Below are positions 12,256-27,450 of a DNA stretch of 64,000 bases, one piece after another. The translations under genes were made by a program, and so were the position numbers. The notes under the pieces are model-generated. The model was not told the DNA's origin, searched no databases, and saw only the letters and a program-made list of their open reading frames with translations. Source of the DNA: Chrysomallon squamiferum (lineage: Eukaryota; Animalia; Mollusca); contig CM022678.1 of NCBI GenBank assembly GCA_012295275.1, positions 1,116,001 to 1,180,000 on the forward strand. Reading direction: 5' to 3'. Numbering within the stretch: position 1 is the first letter of the stretch; every line of letters begins with the position of its first letter.

Positions 12256-15200
12256 TGTTTATTATTTTATTTTTTTTGCATTTTGTCATTTTCAGGAAGA
12301 AATGGTGTTAGAATTGAATTTCATTTAATCTTATATTAAAGGTGCTTTGATTTTGATAGTGGAATTATACTAAAGAAAACGGATATTCTCTAAAAGAAGG
12401 AGCTCTCCTTTTAAGAGGAAGTTTAATGAACTTTTTGTAATGGCTGCTTCCATGTGGTAAAACGCTTTGTGTAGTACAAATCGTTATCGAACGATCATGT
12501 CAAATGATACGAGAGGAATAAGTGGTCCTGAAGTTACACTAAACTGTCTGAATTCGACAGAGCTGCTATGATGGCTGATGCAGTGATAGTTAAAACCACA
12601 GCTCTATGCAATAATGAAAATCGTTGGCTCATTTATTTTATTAAATATTAAAAATAATGTTATATTTCTTTCAATTTTCAAAAGTTAAATACCAGTGTAA
12701 GTGTTCAAGAAGATAGACATAAAGCTGAAGAGGTTTGACCTTTGTGTAAGTTAATTTATTTATATTATTTTTAATTGTGTATAAATACATTTTTTGGTTT
12801 CCAGTTCGTAGTTGGAAATGAACTATAAAGTCATCAAAAGTTAGAAATCTGAACTAGATTCATATACTTTTGAAAACAAATCAAGAACTGCTTAAAATTG
12901 AAAAATATTTGTAAATTGTCCAGTATTTTTACTTATTTAAGTCATTAATAAATCCGGAAATATTTTTATTTGTTTGCATATTACTAAAAGTTTTTTTAAT
13001 ATACCTGTCCTTGTCATACTATTTTCCTGGGCCGTAGACGATGCACATAAACTATTTTTTATTATTAATTTAAAAAACAAGATAAGCCACTGCATTAAGG
13101 CTGTGAGTTTTCTCTTTCACTACTTTTGTTTCTGACAACACTGTATAATAATAATAATAATAATAAAATATCCTATCTTTTGTCTTATAGTCAAAAATAT
13201 TTCTGGTGTGATAAGTCAGGCTCATGAATCATCCTACATCGAACAAAGCCAGAACAAAACTATACTAAAGTTATATATATGTAAGTATTAACAATTAAAC
13301 ACAAATAAACCATACTAAAGTTATATATGTAATTAATATACACAAAGAAATCATACTAAAGATATATTATGTAAGTATAATATACAAATAAACCATACAA
13401 AAGTTATATATATGTAAGAATTATACACATACAAAACTATACTAAAGTTATATATGTAAGTATTATACATCTACAAAACTATATTAAACTTATATATGTA
13501 AGTATTATACACATACAAAACTATACTGAAGTTATATATGTATACACAACAAAACCTTCAGCTAACCTGTACAGCATTGTATAACTAGTATTTGAATTTA
13601 CCTGTATTATGGTCAATGCTTGCAGGTGAAACTGTGGCTTTGCCTATGAATTTACCTGTGTTACACAGTTTACAGATGTGGCTTACAGGTAAAACTGTAT
13701 AACCTGTTCAGTACCGTTACACCTGTACAGGTTATGTTTTGTTCACACAGGTACACGTGAAGTGTTAAGGAAGGAAGACTTCAGCATGAAGGGACAGCTG
13801 ATCTGCGACTTCAAGTTTGCAACGTTTTCCTGCAGACAACGTCGACAACACCAGCAAGACAGCGAGGAGAAAGACTACTCACTTCAAATCCTGGAAGCTC
13901 TTGAACCAGCTGTCTGTCTGGTGAGTTTGTATGTGTGTGTCTCTGTCTGTCTGGTGAGTTTGTATGTCTCTATTTGTCTAGTGAGTTTATATGTCTCTAT
14001 CTGTCTGGTGAGTTTGTATGTGTGTCTATCTGTCTGGTGAGTTTGTATGTCTCTATCTGTCAGTCTGTCTATTTATTATAATTTATAAACTAATATATAA
14101 TTTAACTTTAATCATTAAAACACTAATCTAAAAAATAATGATGGTAGAAACTTAAAACAAAATAAATTCACCATTTTGTTAAACACTTTACTTTAAGAAT
14201 TTTCTTTTTTGGCTGAGAAAATGTGATGCGTTTTTTCTTTATTTGTGTCTACACTAAATAAAAACTAAAATACAAGCCTAAATGATTTCCTGTGCTTTAA
14301 AGTAGTTGTATTACAGGTTTGTTGTTAAATTGTAGATTTGTTAATACTAACAAGAATTCAGAATATATTTTGTATAATTTCAGATGACTGTTGTGTTTTT
14401 CCATGAAATGTGGGTAAGTTAGTACTAACAATATACTGAAACAAGACTGTGCATATCTCCCAATCTCACCTTTTATTATATTTTATTTTTTATTTACAGA
14501 TTGTCCAATGAGATGACTGGTGGGCGTGGTAACAGTAACAAATAAAACAAAAACCTGTCAATCAAAATCTTTGACATGGGAGGTGGAAGGAAAAGCTCAT
14601 CTGTTGACCCAGGTCAGTCCACTGCAGAGCTTGAAGTAGTGAGTAGTGAAGTAGTATAAGAAAGCAGCGTGTAGTTAAGTAGCATGAAAGCAGTATTCAC
14701 TGAAGTAGTATGTAAGTAAAGTATAGTGAAATTGTTTGGAAATAGTGAAGTAGTATGAAAGTAGTGTATAACTAAATAGGAAGAAACTTAGTGAAGTAGT
14801 ATGAAAAGAGTGTGTAGTGCAGTAGTGTGTAGTCAAGATGTATGAAATTAGTTTAAATTGCTGTAGTATGGAAGTAGTGTATACTGAAGTAGTATGCAAG
14901 TAGTGTATAGTGAAGTAGTATACAAGTAGTGTATAGTGAAGTAGTATACAAGTAGTGTATAGTGAAGTAGTATGCAAGTAGTGTATAATGAAGTAGTATG
15001 CAGGTAGTGAATAGTGAAGTAGTATTCAAGTAGTGTATAGTGAAGTATGTAAAGTAGTATGCAAGTAGTGTATAGTGAAGTATTATGCAAGTAGTGTATA
15101 GTGAAGTAGTATTCAAGTAGTGTATAGTGAAGTAGTATGCAAGTAGTGTAGTGAAAGTAGTATGCAAGTAGTGTATAGTGAAGTATGCAAGTAGTGTATA

Positions 15201-15735
15201 GTGAAGTATGCAAGTAGTGTATAGTGAAGTTGTATGCAAGTAGTGTATAGTGAAGTTGTATGCAAGTAGTGTATAGTGAAGTAGTATGCAAGTAGTGAAG
15301 TAGAATGCATGTAGTGTATAGTGAAGTTGTATGCAAGTAGTGTATAGTGAAGTAGTATGCAAGTAGTGAAGTAGTATGCAAGTAGTGTATAGTGAAGTAG
15401 TATGCAAGTAGTGTATAGTGAAGTTGTATGCAAGTAGTGTATAGTGAAGTAGTATCAAATTCTCTCCGTATGTCTGTCTCTCATTCATGTCTCCCTTTGT
15501 ATTATTAAAATAAAATTAATTCTTCAGAAATAAATAAATAAGTAAATAAATAAATTAGAAGGTAAGTAAATAAATAAATAAATTAGTAGGTAAGTAAATA
15601 AATAAATAAATTAGTAGGTAAGTAAATAAATAAATAAGTAAATAAATAAATTAGTAGGTAAGTAAGTAAGTAAATACAAAAATAAATACTGTTAATTATT
15701 TCAGTGACTCAGCATCTTCCTATTATCTCAGAAGA
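10900..15735 (+). repeat. Segmental duplication, copy 1 (paralog of ~59270-64000)
   Basis: Colinear matches: 10915 vs 59275, 11090 vs 59450, 12310-12540 vs 60790-61015, 13751-13920 vs 62425-62599, 14500-14638 vs 63438-63576, 15705 vs ~63970. Confidence 0.92.
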
Positions 15736-15959
15736 TGTCAGTGATGTCATCCTGGACATTTCTGAAGATCTTTCCATGACTAAAATTGACAGTTCTGACC
15801 TCAGCCAGGTCAAGGCCATGGCAACATGGTTAAACCTGAGAACCATGACAAAGCCTCGCTTTCATATCCATGAATGTAGCAAAAACTAAAAATGATAAAT
15901 TAACTCCGGAACAAAAGGAACAAATAAACCATGCTTTGGAATGGATAAAAAACTAACTG
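13751..15959 (+). pseudogene. Three-exon relic of an unidentified gene (exons ~13751-13920, 14500-14638, 15705-15959)
   Basis: GC-richer blocks bounded by cag| acceptors and |gtgagt or |gtatgt donors, better conserved than the flanks in the paralog; in-frame TAA in exon 2 in both copies and frame inconsistencies. Product not recognised. Confidence 0.5.
14640..15455. repeat. 26-bp minisatellite (agtagtgtatagtgaagtagtatgca)
   Basis: Direct tandem copies; accounts for the spurious HYTLL-rich minus-strand ORFs. Confidence 0.92.
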
Positions 15960-17159
15960 GTATGTGAGACCACTGTTCCACTACTACTACTATTACCATA
16001 GTAATAATAACAGTAATATTATTATCAATATAACTTCTATTATCGAGAGAGTTCAATTACTGTTACTACTATCATTACAGTGTTTACTACCACTGCTATA
16101 CTATCACATCTACTATTATTATTATTATTATTACTTGAACATCCATACTACTACTACTACTACTATTACTACTACTGTTACTAAATCAGTTCGGCAAGTC
16201 TTGATATGAAAAAGATATGTTTATAAATTTAGTTTGAGTAATAATTTAATTTTAGTTTATTTTATCAAATCACTTACATGTATGCTTTGACAGTAGTTTG
16301 TTTTGTGTTGTATGAATAACCTCCCTTTATCTGTTTATTTATTTATTATTGTTATTATTATTGTTATTGTTATTATTATTCGTTTATTGAATGGATAATC
16401 TCCTTTTAATTTTAATTTTATTTACTATTACTACTACTACTACAGTTGTATCATTATTATTGTCATCATCATCATCATCATCATCATTATTATTGTTATT
16501 ATTCCTTTGTTGTAGTAACGATAATCTCCCTTTAATAATCATCACAAGAAATGTAGTAGAAGTAGTAGTAGTAGCAGTAATAATAATAAAATGAGCAAGA
16601 TGTACGTGTCTATGTAAATAAGTCAGTAAACAAAGTCAAATGTTTTGATCAATGATATTTTTATTACAAATAATTATGGACAAAATACAGTGATTATCAT
16701 GATTAAATTAGAACTTTTCGCAACACATTTAACCATATTCTATCAACACACACACACACACACACACATATATACAAATACATATATATCTATTACATGA
16801 CATTTTTCTTTATTTAATAAAAACATTCTATATAAGTAAAGAATCAATATTTTACTTAATTAACTACATATTTTTTAAATCAGTTTTTAAATTGATATCT
16901 TAACAACATTTCAATCTCAAATATATAAAGAGCTATTTTAATAAAGAACAGCAAAATCAGTTTATATTGCTGTATTTGTTTTACAACACAGGATAAACAT
17001 TTGATCAATAATTAAATAATTACATCATCATCAAACACAATAATAATAATAATAACAAATTAATTAATAAATAAATTATATTAAAAATTGAAAAATAAGA
17101 AAATTAGATTAGAAACTTTGTATGAAATTTACTTGTATTTCTCTCCGTTTCTTAGACTG

Positions 17160-17229
<70 letters not shown>

Positions 17230-18079
17230 GCGTATCTTCATTTTCTTTCAAGAGACTCTTTATATTATTTACTTTGTCTTCATATAATTTGATTTCACTC
17301 AGTATTTTTTTCATTACCTTACTTTTTCATTTTATTATTATTGTTGTTGTTGCTATTGTGATTATGATTATGAATATTGTTGTTGTTGTTATTATTATTA
17401 TTATATTGTTGTTGTTGTTGTTGTTGATGTTGTTGCTGCTGTTTTTGTGGGTATTTTATGTTTTTTTACTGTGTTTATTAGCTCTACAGGTACTTAGATC
17501 GCATGTTAATTGTGTTCACTATTATTATTATTATTATTATTATCATCATCATCATCATATTTTGTACTGTTTATTGATTAATTTTAAGTGTGTTATTTAT
17601 TTTCTTTCTTGCTTTAGTAGCCTGTTTCATTTTCCAAAATAGAGCGCTCGCAAACATGTATGTACAAACACACAGACATACATATACATTCGCAAATACA
17701 AGTATACACACTGCAGAAAACACATCTATAAAACAGACGTGTAGGTCGACTTCCAATAACAGCCACTTACGCATAGACAGACGGATAATATATATATTAA
17801 ATTATACAAACTCGTTATTTTATTTATTTATTTTTATTTTTATTTTGTTTCTTATAGTTATTATTTTTATTATTATTGTTATATATATATATAAATCAAG
17901 TTTTTCATTTAATATGTAGAATGGTGTACATTTCCTTAAAACTCGTAACAGTTTTGTCAATTGGTTACGTAAATTTTCCATTCATGACCGAATTTTCAAA
18001 TCCCCTCTAATGTCGCTACTGTATAATCGAAATGGTAAAACCATGTAGTGAAATATTCTTAGTTGACACTGGATGAAAA

Positions 18080-18960
18080 TAATATTTACCATTTATACCA
18101 TTGCTAATAAATGTCCCCCACACTGAATGAAAAGATTGCTGAAATCCATAAACGGACCAAAACAGTTTTTTCTTCCGTGATTTCATCAGTTCGATTATAC
18201 CGTATAGTGTAAAAATTGGGTCATTTGAGCAATAATCCTTCCTAATCCTGGTAGAACGTCAGTCAGTATATCAGTTTTTTCAAGAAACAACTTTAGTCTA
18301 TTATTTAACCCAGTGTTAAAGCGTTGCCGAAGACAGTTAAGTAATGTAATAAATCTATACTTTTCTGGATTATTTTTATCACCAATTTTATAAATTGAGT
18401 AAGTGGAGATATCAATTTGAAACACAAAATATAACTGTTTCACACAATTTTGCATCATACAATCAAGAGTTTACTTAATATATTCATTAATTATATTGTC
18501 TAGACCCAAAGTTTTGATGTTCTTTATAAATTTAACAACTGTAAGTATTTTACATTCTAAAATAGGGCTTTTTTGTGAACTATTACTTTCTGAATCTGTG
18601 GTAAATTTTTGTTGTGGAGGCTGTCATCACTGATGTTTACGTTAGTAAACCAATGCTACAGTCTTTCTAAAGGAGGTAGATTACATTCCTGAAATATTCG
18701 CGTGGTGTATTTGTAAGATCTGTAAATTTCTGTTCTATTTTCCAGTTATGTCTTCTTAAATGTTTTATTATTACATTCTTGTACTGTTTACTGGCGTTTA
18801 GAAGTCGTTGGTTGTTTTCCATTGTTTTCTTGTGTTTTCCTATTGTTAAATGTTCTGGCTTCTGTGTATTTTCTTTTGTGTTTTTTCAAGTACATCCAAA
18901 TGTGCTTGCTGCGGTTTCAAGAATAAATTACTGATATTGTTCACCATTGTATTAAATTGT
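18080..18960 (-). mobile_element. Decayed non-LTR retrotransposon (LINE) reverse-transcriptase fragment
   Basis: IYKIGDKNNPEKYRFITLLNCL...LNNRLKLFLEKTDIL matches the KxGDxxxPxNYRxIxLL start of LINE RT; remnants of the FxDFxxAFDSVW and GINGK segments follow; frameshifted. Confidence 0.8.
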
Positions 18961-19120
18961 TCATGTTAGAACAATCTCTTAAAGTAGTTTTACAATTATT
19001 TTTATCATTACCAACTCTTCCATTTAGAATATACATATTGCTAGTTTGAAAAATACAATCTTTTTATCTATCTATCTATAAATAGATAGACCAAATAGTC
19101 ATGAATAGATCTATCTACGG

Positions 19121-19928
19121 AGATAAAGTACTGTTAGCAGCAGCAATATGGGGTTCTGCTGACACATAGATTTTTCTCATTGACCAGAGACATAATGATA
19201 CAGATGAAAACAACTGGAAGAAAAGTGAAGTACTGAAAGTAGCAGTGATGTTTAACAGTGTAGATGTTGTTCAGAGTCTTCTTGATAAAGGAGCTGATCC
19301 TAATGTGAATGTAGATGTTAACCAGAAATTGATTCAAGTGTTTGAAGAGGAAATTAGATTAAAACTGATCCGATGAACACACTAGATTGAAACTGTTTCT
19401 TCTATGTAAACCTAGTTTGAAATTGTTGCCTTCAGACTCACTACTCTACATTGCAGTTCTGCGTGGTGACTTAGATATGATAAAATCACTGATAGAGAGA
19501 AATGCTGATGTCAATGCAGTAAACATTGAGAGAAAAACTCCACTTCAGGAAGCTTTAAAAGCAGTGACACACAGAAAGGAAGTAGCTTTGTTGTTACTAG
19601 AAAATGTAGCTGATACTGATATAACTCTTAAACAAAACAATTCAACATTGCACATGACATCACAAATTAACATAAATATGATGAAAAAAGTAACAAAAAG
19701 CGGGGTGGTTGAAATAAACGTAATTAACAGTGAATGTAAAACTATTTTTGTATCCTTACTCTATATTATACCAGAAATACCATTATATTTACTAAAACAA
19801 GGAGCTGATCCTGATTTAACAGATAATGACAACAGTTCTGTTACACATGTAGCAGCCAGAAATTGTGACTGCACTGATTAAAAAAGATGTTGATGTAAAT
19901 ATTAAAAACAGTCGAGGTGAAACTCCTA
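19121..19928 (+). pseudogene. 5'- and 3'-truncated relic of the STAND-ankyrin gene
   Basis: Colinear with 55378-56160 (DKVLLAAA.WGS, KSEVLK.AVMFNSVDVV, LKLLPSDSLL.I.VLRGDL); contains stops and frameshifts; NTPase absent. Confidence 0.9.
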
Positions 19929-20855
19929 ATTTTTTTTTTATTAAAATTATTTTGTGGAATGTATTGGTCTTTAAATTACACTGAATGATTATTTTGTATA
20001 AATATATTGTTTCTTTTGGTTTTCGTGATGTTTCTTTGCTTGCAAGAGCAATTTTGTTATTGAATGTTGTTGTTGTTGTTCTTTCTTTCCTTCTTTCTTT
20101 ATTTATGTATTTTTATTATCATCAAATAATAATAGAATGTGAATTTTGTAGATGCGAGGTAGTTTGTTTAATTACTTTCAAAAGATTCTTATGAATGAGA
20201 AAAAGAAGCAAATTTAAAATGTTTATTTTATTTTTGTTTTCGATATATATTTATATATAGAGAGAGGGGTTAGCTTTGGTTTACATTTGTTTTGACTGAC
20301 GTTTAATTATGAACATCTCACATTAAATAATTTTCTCAAATATTATTCATGCACTATAAAGATGACTTTAACTACTACCAATAACTAAACGCCAATAAGC
20401 AATAAAAAGTATTTTTCAGGTGCCATTTTTTCCAAATCTGCACAGTCCATTTCTTCCAAGTGCCATTATTTCCGTACCCCACGATGACAGTAACGTTGTC
20501 TCCTCCCACTTTCCATCAAGTTAAAACTGTACCCATCACTATCCTTACCTTGCAAACTTCACCCAACCTATTCTACAATTTTCTTTTCATGTAGTGTATG
20601 ACATTTGTTTACATTGTTATTATGTCTGTACATTGCTACTACATTACTTTGTTACTGTATTATGTAGCTGCTATCTGTAATGAAATTTTGTATTTCCGTT
20701 AATTTTAGGTTTCATGTTTTCAGGATATTTGCATTTTCCGGACAGGCGCTTCTCCGAAAGTGTCAATATAATCTTAAATTACGTGCCACCATTTTGTTTA
20801 AAATTTAATTTAATTTTTTATTTTATTTTTTTATTTCTTTTCCTTTTTTCTTCAT

Positions 20856-20918
<63 letters not shown>

Positions 20919-22135
20919 GACGAAAGAAAAAATCCTCCAATAATGGAAGCGGTGTTTAAGTAAAACCGCTGTTGACGAAGTACACTTTGTTCAGTTGTCT
21001 TATGAAATAGGCGATGGAGGAATAACATGTCTACGGAATAACTCTTTCTTTATTAAGAGAAAATTGAAATAAATCAGTTTCCTCAAATACTGATACAGAT
21101 TTATTTCACTAAATTCGGGAATTGCAAAAAAGGTAGAATAATTATGATAAACCATTGGTTAAAAATATTTTCAGCGTTAATAAAGTAACAGGTTAATTTC
21201 TGTATTCTGATTTGATTCAATTATAATCTAAAACTGAGCTCAAATTTAAAATGGCTATCGTGGATATTCCTTATTACAATTATATTCATTAGTTGATTTT
21301 GTTCATGATATTTATCATTTTGTTTTATCTGGGGGTTTTTTATAATTATAATTATTATTGTTATTATTATTATTTGTTTTAACTGTTTAACATAGAGTAT
21401 CTTTTTGTTAAAATAATTTTTTGACAAGTGGTAACGAAATATTCAAGTTAGCTTATTGTTAAATTTCTTGTTTTCATTAAATGAAATTATTTATTAAATT
21501 ACAATAATGCGATGAATTAAGAAATTAAATCAAAAATAAATAGTACAATATCTACTGACTTGGTAAGTGTTTAAGAATGAACAGTTTATTATTAATACTC
21601 AGTTTTCTTTGTCGTTAGATTTTAAAATAAACAAGCTCACTAGTCAATGTCATGTTAGTTTAAGATCAAATCATTGTCACATGATCTAGACATGTATTTG
21701 AAATATTTAACATGAGTTTTGTCATGTAGAAATGAATTAGCAAAGAACAGGCTATTGTTTTACAAGTCTTTATTATTTTTATTATAAATCGATTTAATGG
21801 AAAGTTTTAGTTTTGAACTCCGAATGTGATTCTTCTTTTCATTTTTTTGTGTAATATCATATTATGTGTGTCTATAATTATCATATACTGTAATGTAGAT
21901 ACGAATTAGGGAAAAACTAACTTTATTGTTTTGCAAATGTTCATTATTTTTATTATAGAAAATGAAATTTTGCCAGTTATAATAATAAATGGTTTAATGG
22001 ATTTTTTTTTTTGTTGATCTACAAGTGTGATTATTTATTTGTTTACTGATTTTTCTTAAATAGTTTGTTATCTGTATATATCATTAACATTGCTAAAAAT
22101 TATATCGTAAAAGTCAGTCTTGTGTTCCGAAGAAG

Positions 22136-22210
<75 letters not shown>

Positions 22211-22747
22211 AATAATAAATTTGCTATTCTTGATGAGGAAATTAAGAAAGTTCCTGTTTATTAATTGAAATTATCGGTTGCAAAAGCAAATACAAATGAT
22301 GCCATTGTGGAAAGATTTCTGTTATGTCCCTTCTAATTATCATTTTTCAGTTGTTTGAGTGGCTTGTGTGCTTTATAGTTTATTACAAAGAAAGCGTTTT
22401 TTCTTTTGTTTTCTTTTTGATTATGAATTTATGCCGCGACTTACACACCACATCTAGGATTTTTCTAATACTCGCTAACATTTACTCAACAACATACATT
22501 AAAACTATCACAGATGTAGCCAAAGCACCATGGAGAAAATCATTAGCCCTGATTAGCAAATTAACACAATTTTTGTTTATTAACTGAAATTGTCAATAGT
22601 AAAAGGAAATATAAACAATTCATGTCATCTCGCTTCTAATTACCATTCTTTTAGTGTTTGAGGGTGTGTATTGTTTTTTGTACACAGTGTATAATTTTTT
22701 TATTTTAAATTATATAACAGGTTTGACTCTTATTATGGAAAGAAAAA

Positions 22748-22793
<46 letters not shown>

Positions 22794-22839
22794 TCGAGTT
22801 ATTTTGTCTTATTTCTTCCTCTTTCCTCTTCCGAATTTG

Positions 22840-22880
<41 letters not shown>

Positions 22881-22979
22881 AACTGTTATATAGAAATAAA
22901 CACGTGACCTAGAACGAACTGCACTTAGAAGTTCATAGGCTAGATTAAGCATGAAATATCTGCATGTCAATCACGTAAC

Positions 22980-23165
22980 TGTTACGTTTTATCATTAAAA
23001 CATAAAGTTCATTTCAGTTTCCAAACAATTTATTTGTTTCAAAAATGTCTACAAACAAAAACTAACGCACTCTCCCGGTGACTTCATATAACACTCTCTT
23101 ATTCCGGTTCCCCTAAACATTGTAAACTGTAACAATGTTAACCCTAACACCATTTAGATATAACA
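22980..23165 (-). repeat. 3' LTR, with polypurine tract at 23166-23177
   Basis: 186-bp direct repeat of 27471-27656 with 7 mismatches by eye; adjacent minus-strand gaggggaggaag is the PPT. Confidence 0.95.
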
Positions 23166-26100
23166 CTTCCTCCCCTCAAAATTTTCAATTTACCCACAAA
23201 TTATCTTATATCTAAAATTCTAAAATACATTTGTGTGCTTTACTAATTAGTAATAATTAAACAACTGAACTTTGAACTTAAAACAAATAAACTTTTTTTA
23301 TTTTTTTCATTGGACACCATAATAGTTCAATTACAGTTTACCAGGTATGTCCATTGGTCACATATGGAACTTCAAATAACAATATTATTTTTTTTTTAAA
23401 TATAATAAAAAAAAACACTAATAATTCTACAATCTTTCAATGAATTCTGTATTACACAGATTCAGATTAAATCACTTTAAATAGTTTCTATCAGTCATTG
23501 AGTTGTTTTTCGAGCACGTCTAGGATATCTTGGGGTTGACGGTATTGGTAGTTGCGGTACATCGTCAACAGTATCGTCGATGGCATTAGAAGCATCCTCT
23601 ACGGCATTAGAAGTAACTGTTCTGTTTTTCATCTCAGTCTCTTCCACCTGAACGGTTGGTTCAACAAATTCCATTTCAGACTCAGTACCAACTGCAGACA
23701 GTTCTGGGGAAGGGTTCCTATTATCCTCAGAATACGCACATTTACAAAGTTGATCCACATGTCTTTTACACACAAAATCTCCGACTTTCACTCTGTGGGT
23801 AACAGGCCCTAGCTGACACAGTACTTTTCCACTCAACCACTTGTCAGATCCTGTGTTGTTCTTCACTTGTACTGAATCTCCAACATTGAACACCCGTGTT
23901 TTACTTGCTTTTGGAATAGTTCTCTTTTTAACAGAGTTCTCCAAACTTGGACGCAAAATATCCAATCTCGTTCAAACACGTCTGCCAAGAAACAATTCTG
24001 ATGGGGTACATTTTGTAGTACAGTGCGGAGTGTTCTGATATGCAAACAAGAATGATGAAATCTTCTGGTTCATGGTTCGTGACTCAACTGTTTTCATTGC
24101 AGTTTTGAAAGTACAAACAGCTCTTTCTGCCTCACCATTTGAACTTGGATGGTATGGAGCTGATTTGATGTGTTTTACTTCATTTTTCTTAAGAAATGTT
24201 TCAAATTCCTCTGCAACAAACTGAGGTCCATTATCAGAAATCAACTGCTCTGGCATTCCATAACTTGCAAAGAGATTTCTCAATGTCTCTACTGCATGCT
24301 TTGCTCTGGTACTGGAAAAACTTCCATCCATTTAGAATGTGCATCCACCACAATAATGAACATTTCTTTCATGAATGGTCCAGCAAAATCAACATGTATT
24401 CTTTGCCATGGTTTGTTGGGTCAAATCCAATCTAGCCAAAGATTTCATATGCACAATTCCTATTTGATTTTCATGAAGATAATACAGAATATCTGTTCAA
24501 TATTTATCGGGAATAATCGCTCGCATTCCTCTGAGAAGACAGTGTTTCTCCACTGTTAATTTATCTTTCACTCTGAAATAAGGTAACAGCTCGGGTGAAA
24601 TAGAAGATTCTTCTGGCCATCCAGACATGTTATAATGTACAACCCGAGATAATACTTTGTCAACTTCAGTTGCTTTCACAATGTTTCTTGCAGTGATAGG
24701 TAATCCATTGACTTGATTTCTCATTGCTTGCTTGACTTCATGCCAAAACACACTTTCAGATATTTCTTCAGTTTGCAGAAGTGGTAGTCAGGACAACGCA
24801 TCAGCATTTCTATTTTTGTAGTTTTTCTGTATTTAATGTCAAACTGATATGCGGCTAACTGAATAGCCCAACGCTGTAGTCGAGAGGCTGTCAGAACAGG
24901 AATATTCTTTTTAGGTCCAAGAATCATTGTCAGTGGTTTATGATCTGTGAACAAAGTAAATCTTCTACCATACAGGTACTGATGGAACTTGTGTATTCCA
25001 AAAATTATTGCCAATGCTTCTTTCTCAATCTGGGAATACTTGCGTTCTGCTGATGTCAGAGTTCTAGAAGTGTATGCTTGCTATTGGCCTATCTGATCCT
25101 TCATTTCCATGTGATATTACCACTCCAAGACCATGCGCAGATGCATCTACTGCCAACATTACTGGTTTCATCGAGACATAGTGGACAAGAATTTTAGATG
25201 ATGCTAACAGTTTTCCCACTTTGGAAAATGCTTGGTGACAATCATCACTCCATTTCCACTCTGAGTCTTTGGTTAACAACGCTGTTAGCAGTGCCACCAC
25301 TGTTGACGTGTTGGGTACAAACTTGCGATAGTAATTCACAATACCTAACCAAGATTGCAACTCACTCTTGTTTTAGGTTCAGGCACTTTCAGAATAGCTT
25401 CAACTTTTCTTTCAGAGGTTGAATCCCATTTTTGTTCACAATAAATGCAAAGTACTCAACTTCATCTTTCATCAGTGCACATTTGGACCTTTTCGGTTGA
25501 ATTCCATATTTTTCTAGGCGTTTCAAAGTGTTTTTCAATGTTTCAAGTGTTCGGTGTCATCCTTTCCAGTGACTATGATGTCATCCAAAATGTAACCTAC
25601 ACCTTTTAGCCCTTGAAGCATTTTGTCCATAGTTTGTTGAAAAATAGCAGGCGCTGCAGCAACTCCAAATGGCAACCTTGTATAGCGATAAAGTCCAAGG
25701 TGAGTACTGATTGTGACATAGTTCCTCGACTCTTCATCAAGCAACACTTGCTGGTATCCATGTGACAAATCCAGTTTGGCACTTCCAACACAGGATTTAC
25801 GGTAACCTTGTAATCGCCACAAATGTGAATGGTATTGTCAGGTTTTAAAACAGGTACAATAGGAGAAGCCCACTCTGAAAAATCCACCTTTTCTACAATT
25901 CCTTCTGCTTCAAGTCTGTGAAGTTCATCAGCAATCTTTTCCTTCAAAGCATAAGGTACTGGTCTAGCCTTGAAAAACTTTGGAGTAGCATCCTCTTTCA
26001 CTTTCAGATGAGCTCTTATGCCTTTTACTGTTCCCAACTCATTTGAGAAAACTGAATATCTACTGAACAAATCTTCAGAGTTTCCATAGGCTTTCATAAT

Positions 26101-27450
26101 CTTAATACTGTTCCAATCCAACTGAATGTTTTGGAACCAATTCCGTCCAAACAAAGTTGGTCCATTTCCTTTCACCACAATTAAAGGTAAAAGTTTTTTC
26201 TGCTTTCCATATTTAACAGTCACTCAATTTGCTCCAGGACTGGCACCACTTCATCTGTATAAGTTTTCAACACAATCGATGTTGATTTCAATGGCACTGT
26301 TTTCTTCAATCTTTCCTGATAATTCTTATTAGAAATTATCGATACAGAAACACCTGTATCTACTTCCACTTTGAATGGCACACCATTGAGTTCCAATGAA
26401 ATTTGAATTTCTTTCGCTTTCATAGATTTCACTGTGAAAATTGACTGTTCAAAATCACTGTCATTTCTTTCCATTGCAATCTCTTTATTTTCTAGAACAG
26501 CTTTTATAATTTCTGATTCAGTTGTGTTACTTCCAGATTCTTCATGAATTTTTAAACCTGTCTCAAATTCAGCATTTTCAATTTCCAAATCACTGGTACC
26601 ACTTTCTGATTCCGTAAGGTCCCTATCAGAATCTTGATTCACAACATTCAGTTTAGAATTTTTCTTTTTCAACTATTGAAATTTCTTTTTTCCTTTTTCC
26701 ATCTGTTTGCTTTCCTGTCTTTCTATTTTTTTCTTTTGATTTCAACATTTTCTACTCAAATGTCCTGTTTCATTACACTTGTAACAGTTTGCCTTTTTGT
26801 AAAAACAAGCATCAGGATGATGATTAGTTTCACTGGAAGCATTCAATGACAGAAACTTTGTGGAACTTTTCTGTTTCTGACTTAATTCCTATTTTCAGCT
26901 TGTCAGTTTTTCTAGCTGCCATTTCTATACTAACAGCTGTTTGCAAGGCTTTCCTCAGTGATAAGTCATGTTCAGAGAGAAGTTTTTTCTGTACTGACTT
27001 TTCAGACAGACCACAGACCAAAATGTCTCTTAATGCTTCAGTCAAAAATGCACCAAATTCACAATGTTCTGTCAATTTTCTTAATTCAGCCAAAAATTCA
27101 CTTACAGTCTCTCTTGTTTCCATTGATAGAATTTGAACCGTTCCGCAATCATCAAAGGTTTTGGTTTAAGATGATTTCCTATCAAGGTTTTCAATTGTTC
27201 GTCAGTTTTACTTGCCGGTTTCTCAGGCGAAGTCAGATTTCAAATCAACCTGTAAGTCGTGGCACCACATACGGACAACAAAATGGAATGTTTCTTTTCA
27301 GCATCATCTACATCATTCGCCAGCAGATACTGTTCCCAACGTTCGATGTATTCATCCCAATCAGAATTTTCTAGATCAAACTCTTCAACTTTACTGTAGG
27401 TAGCCACATTTCATAAACAGTTAATTTCAGGAAACAGTTTAACAAGTGTT

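Noticed and set aside
9383-17919. Many 60-210 aa ORFs of low complexity (also 36930-37347 and 59048-59326)
   Set aside because: Translations of micro- and minisatellites (CA, GA, TAA, 26-bp and 57-bp units).
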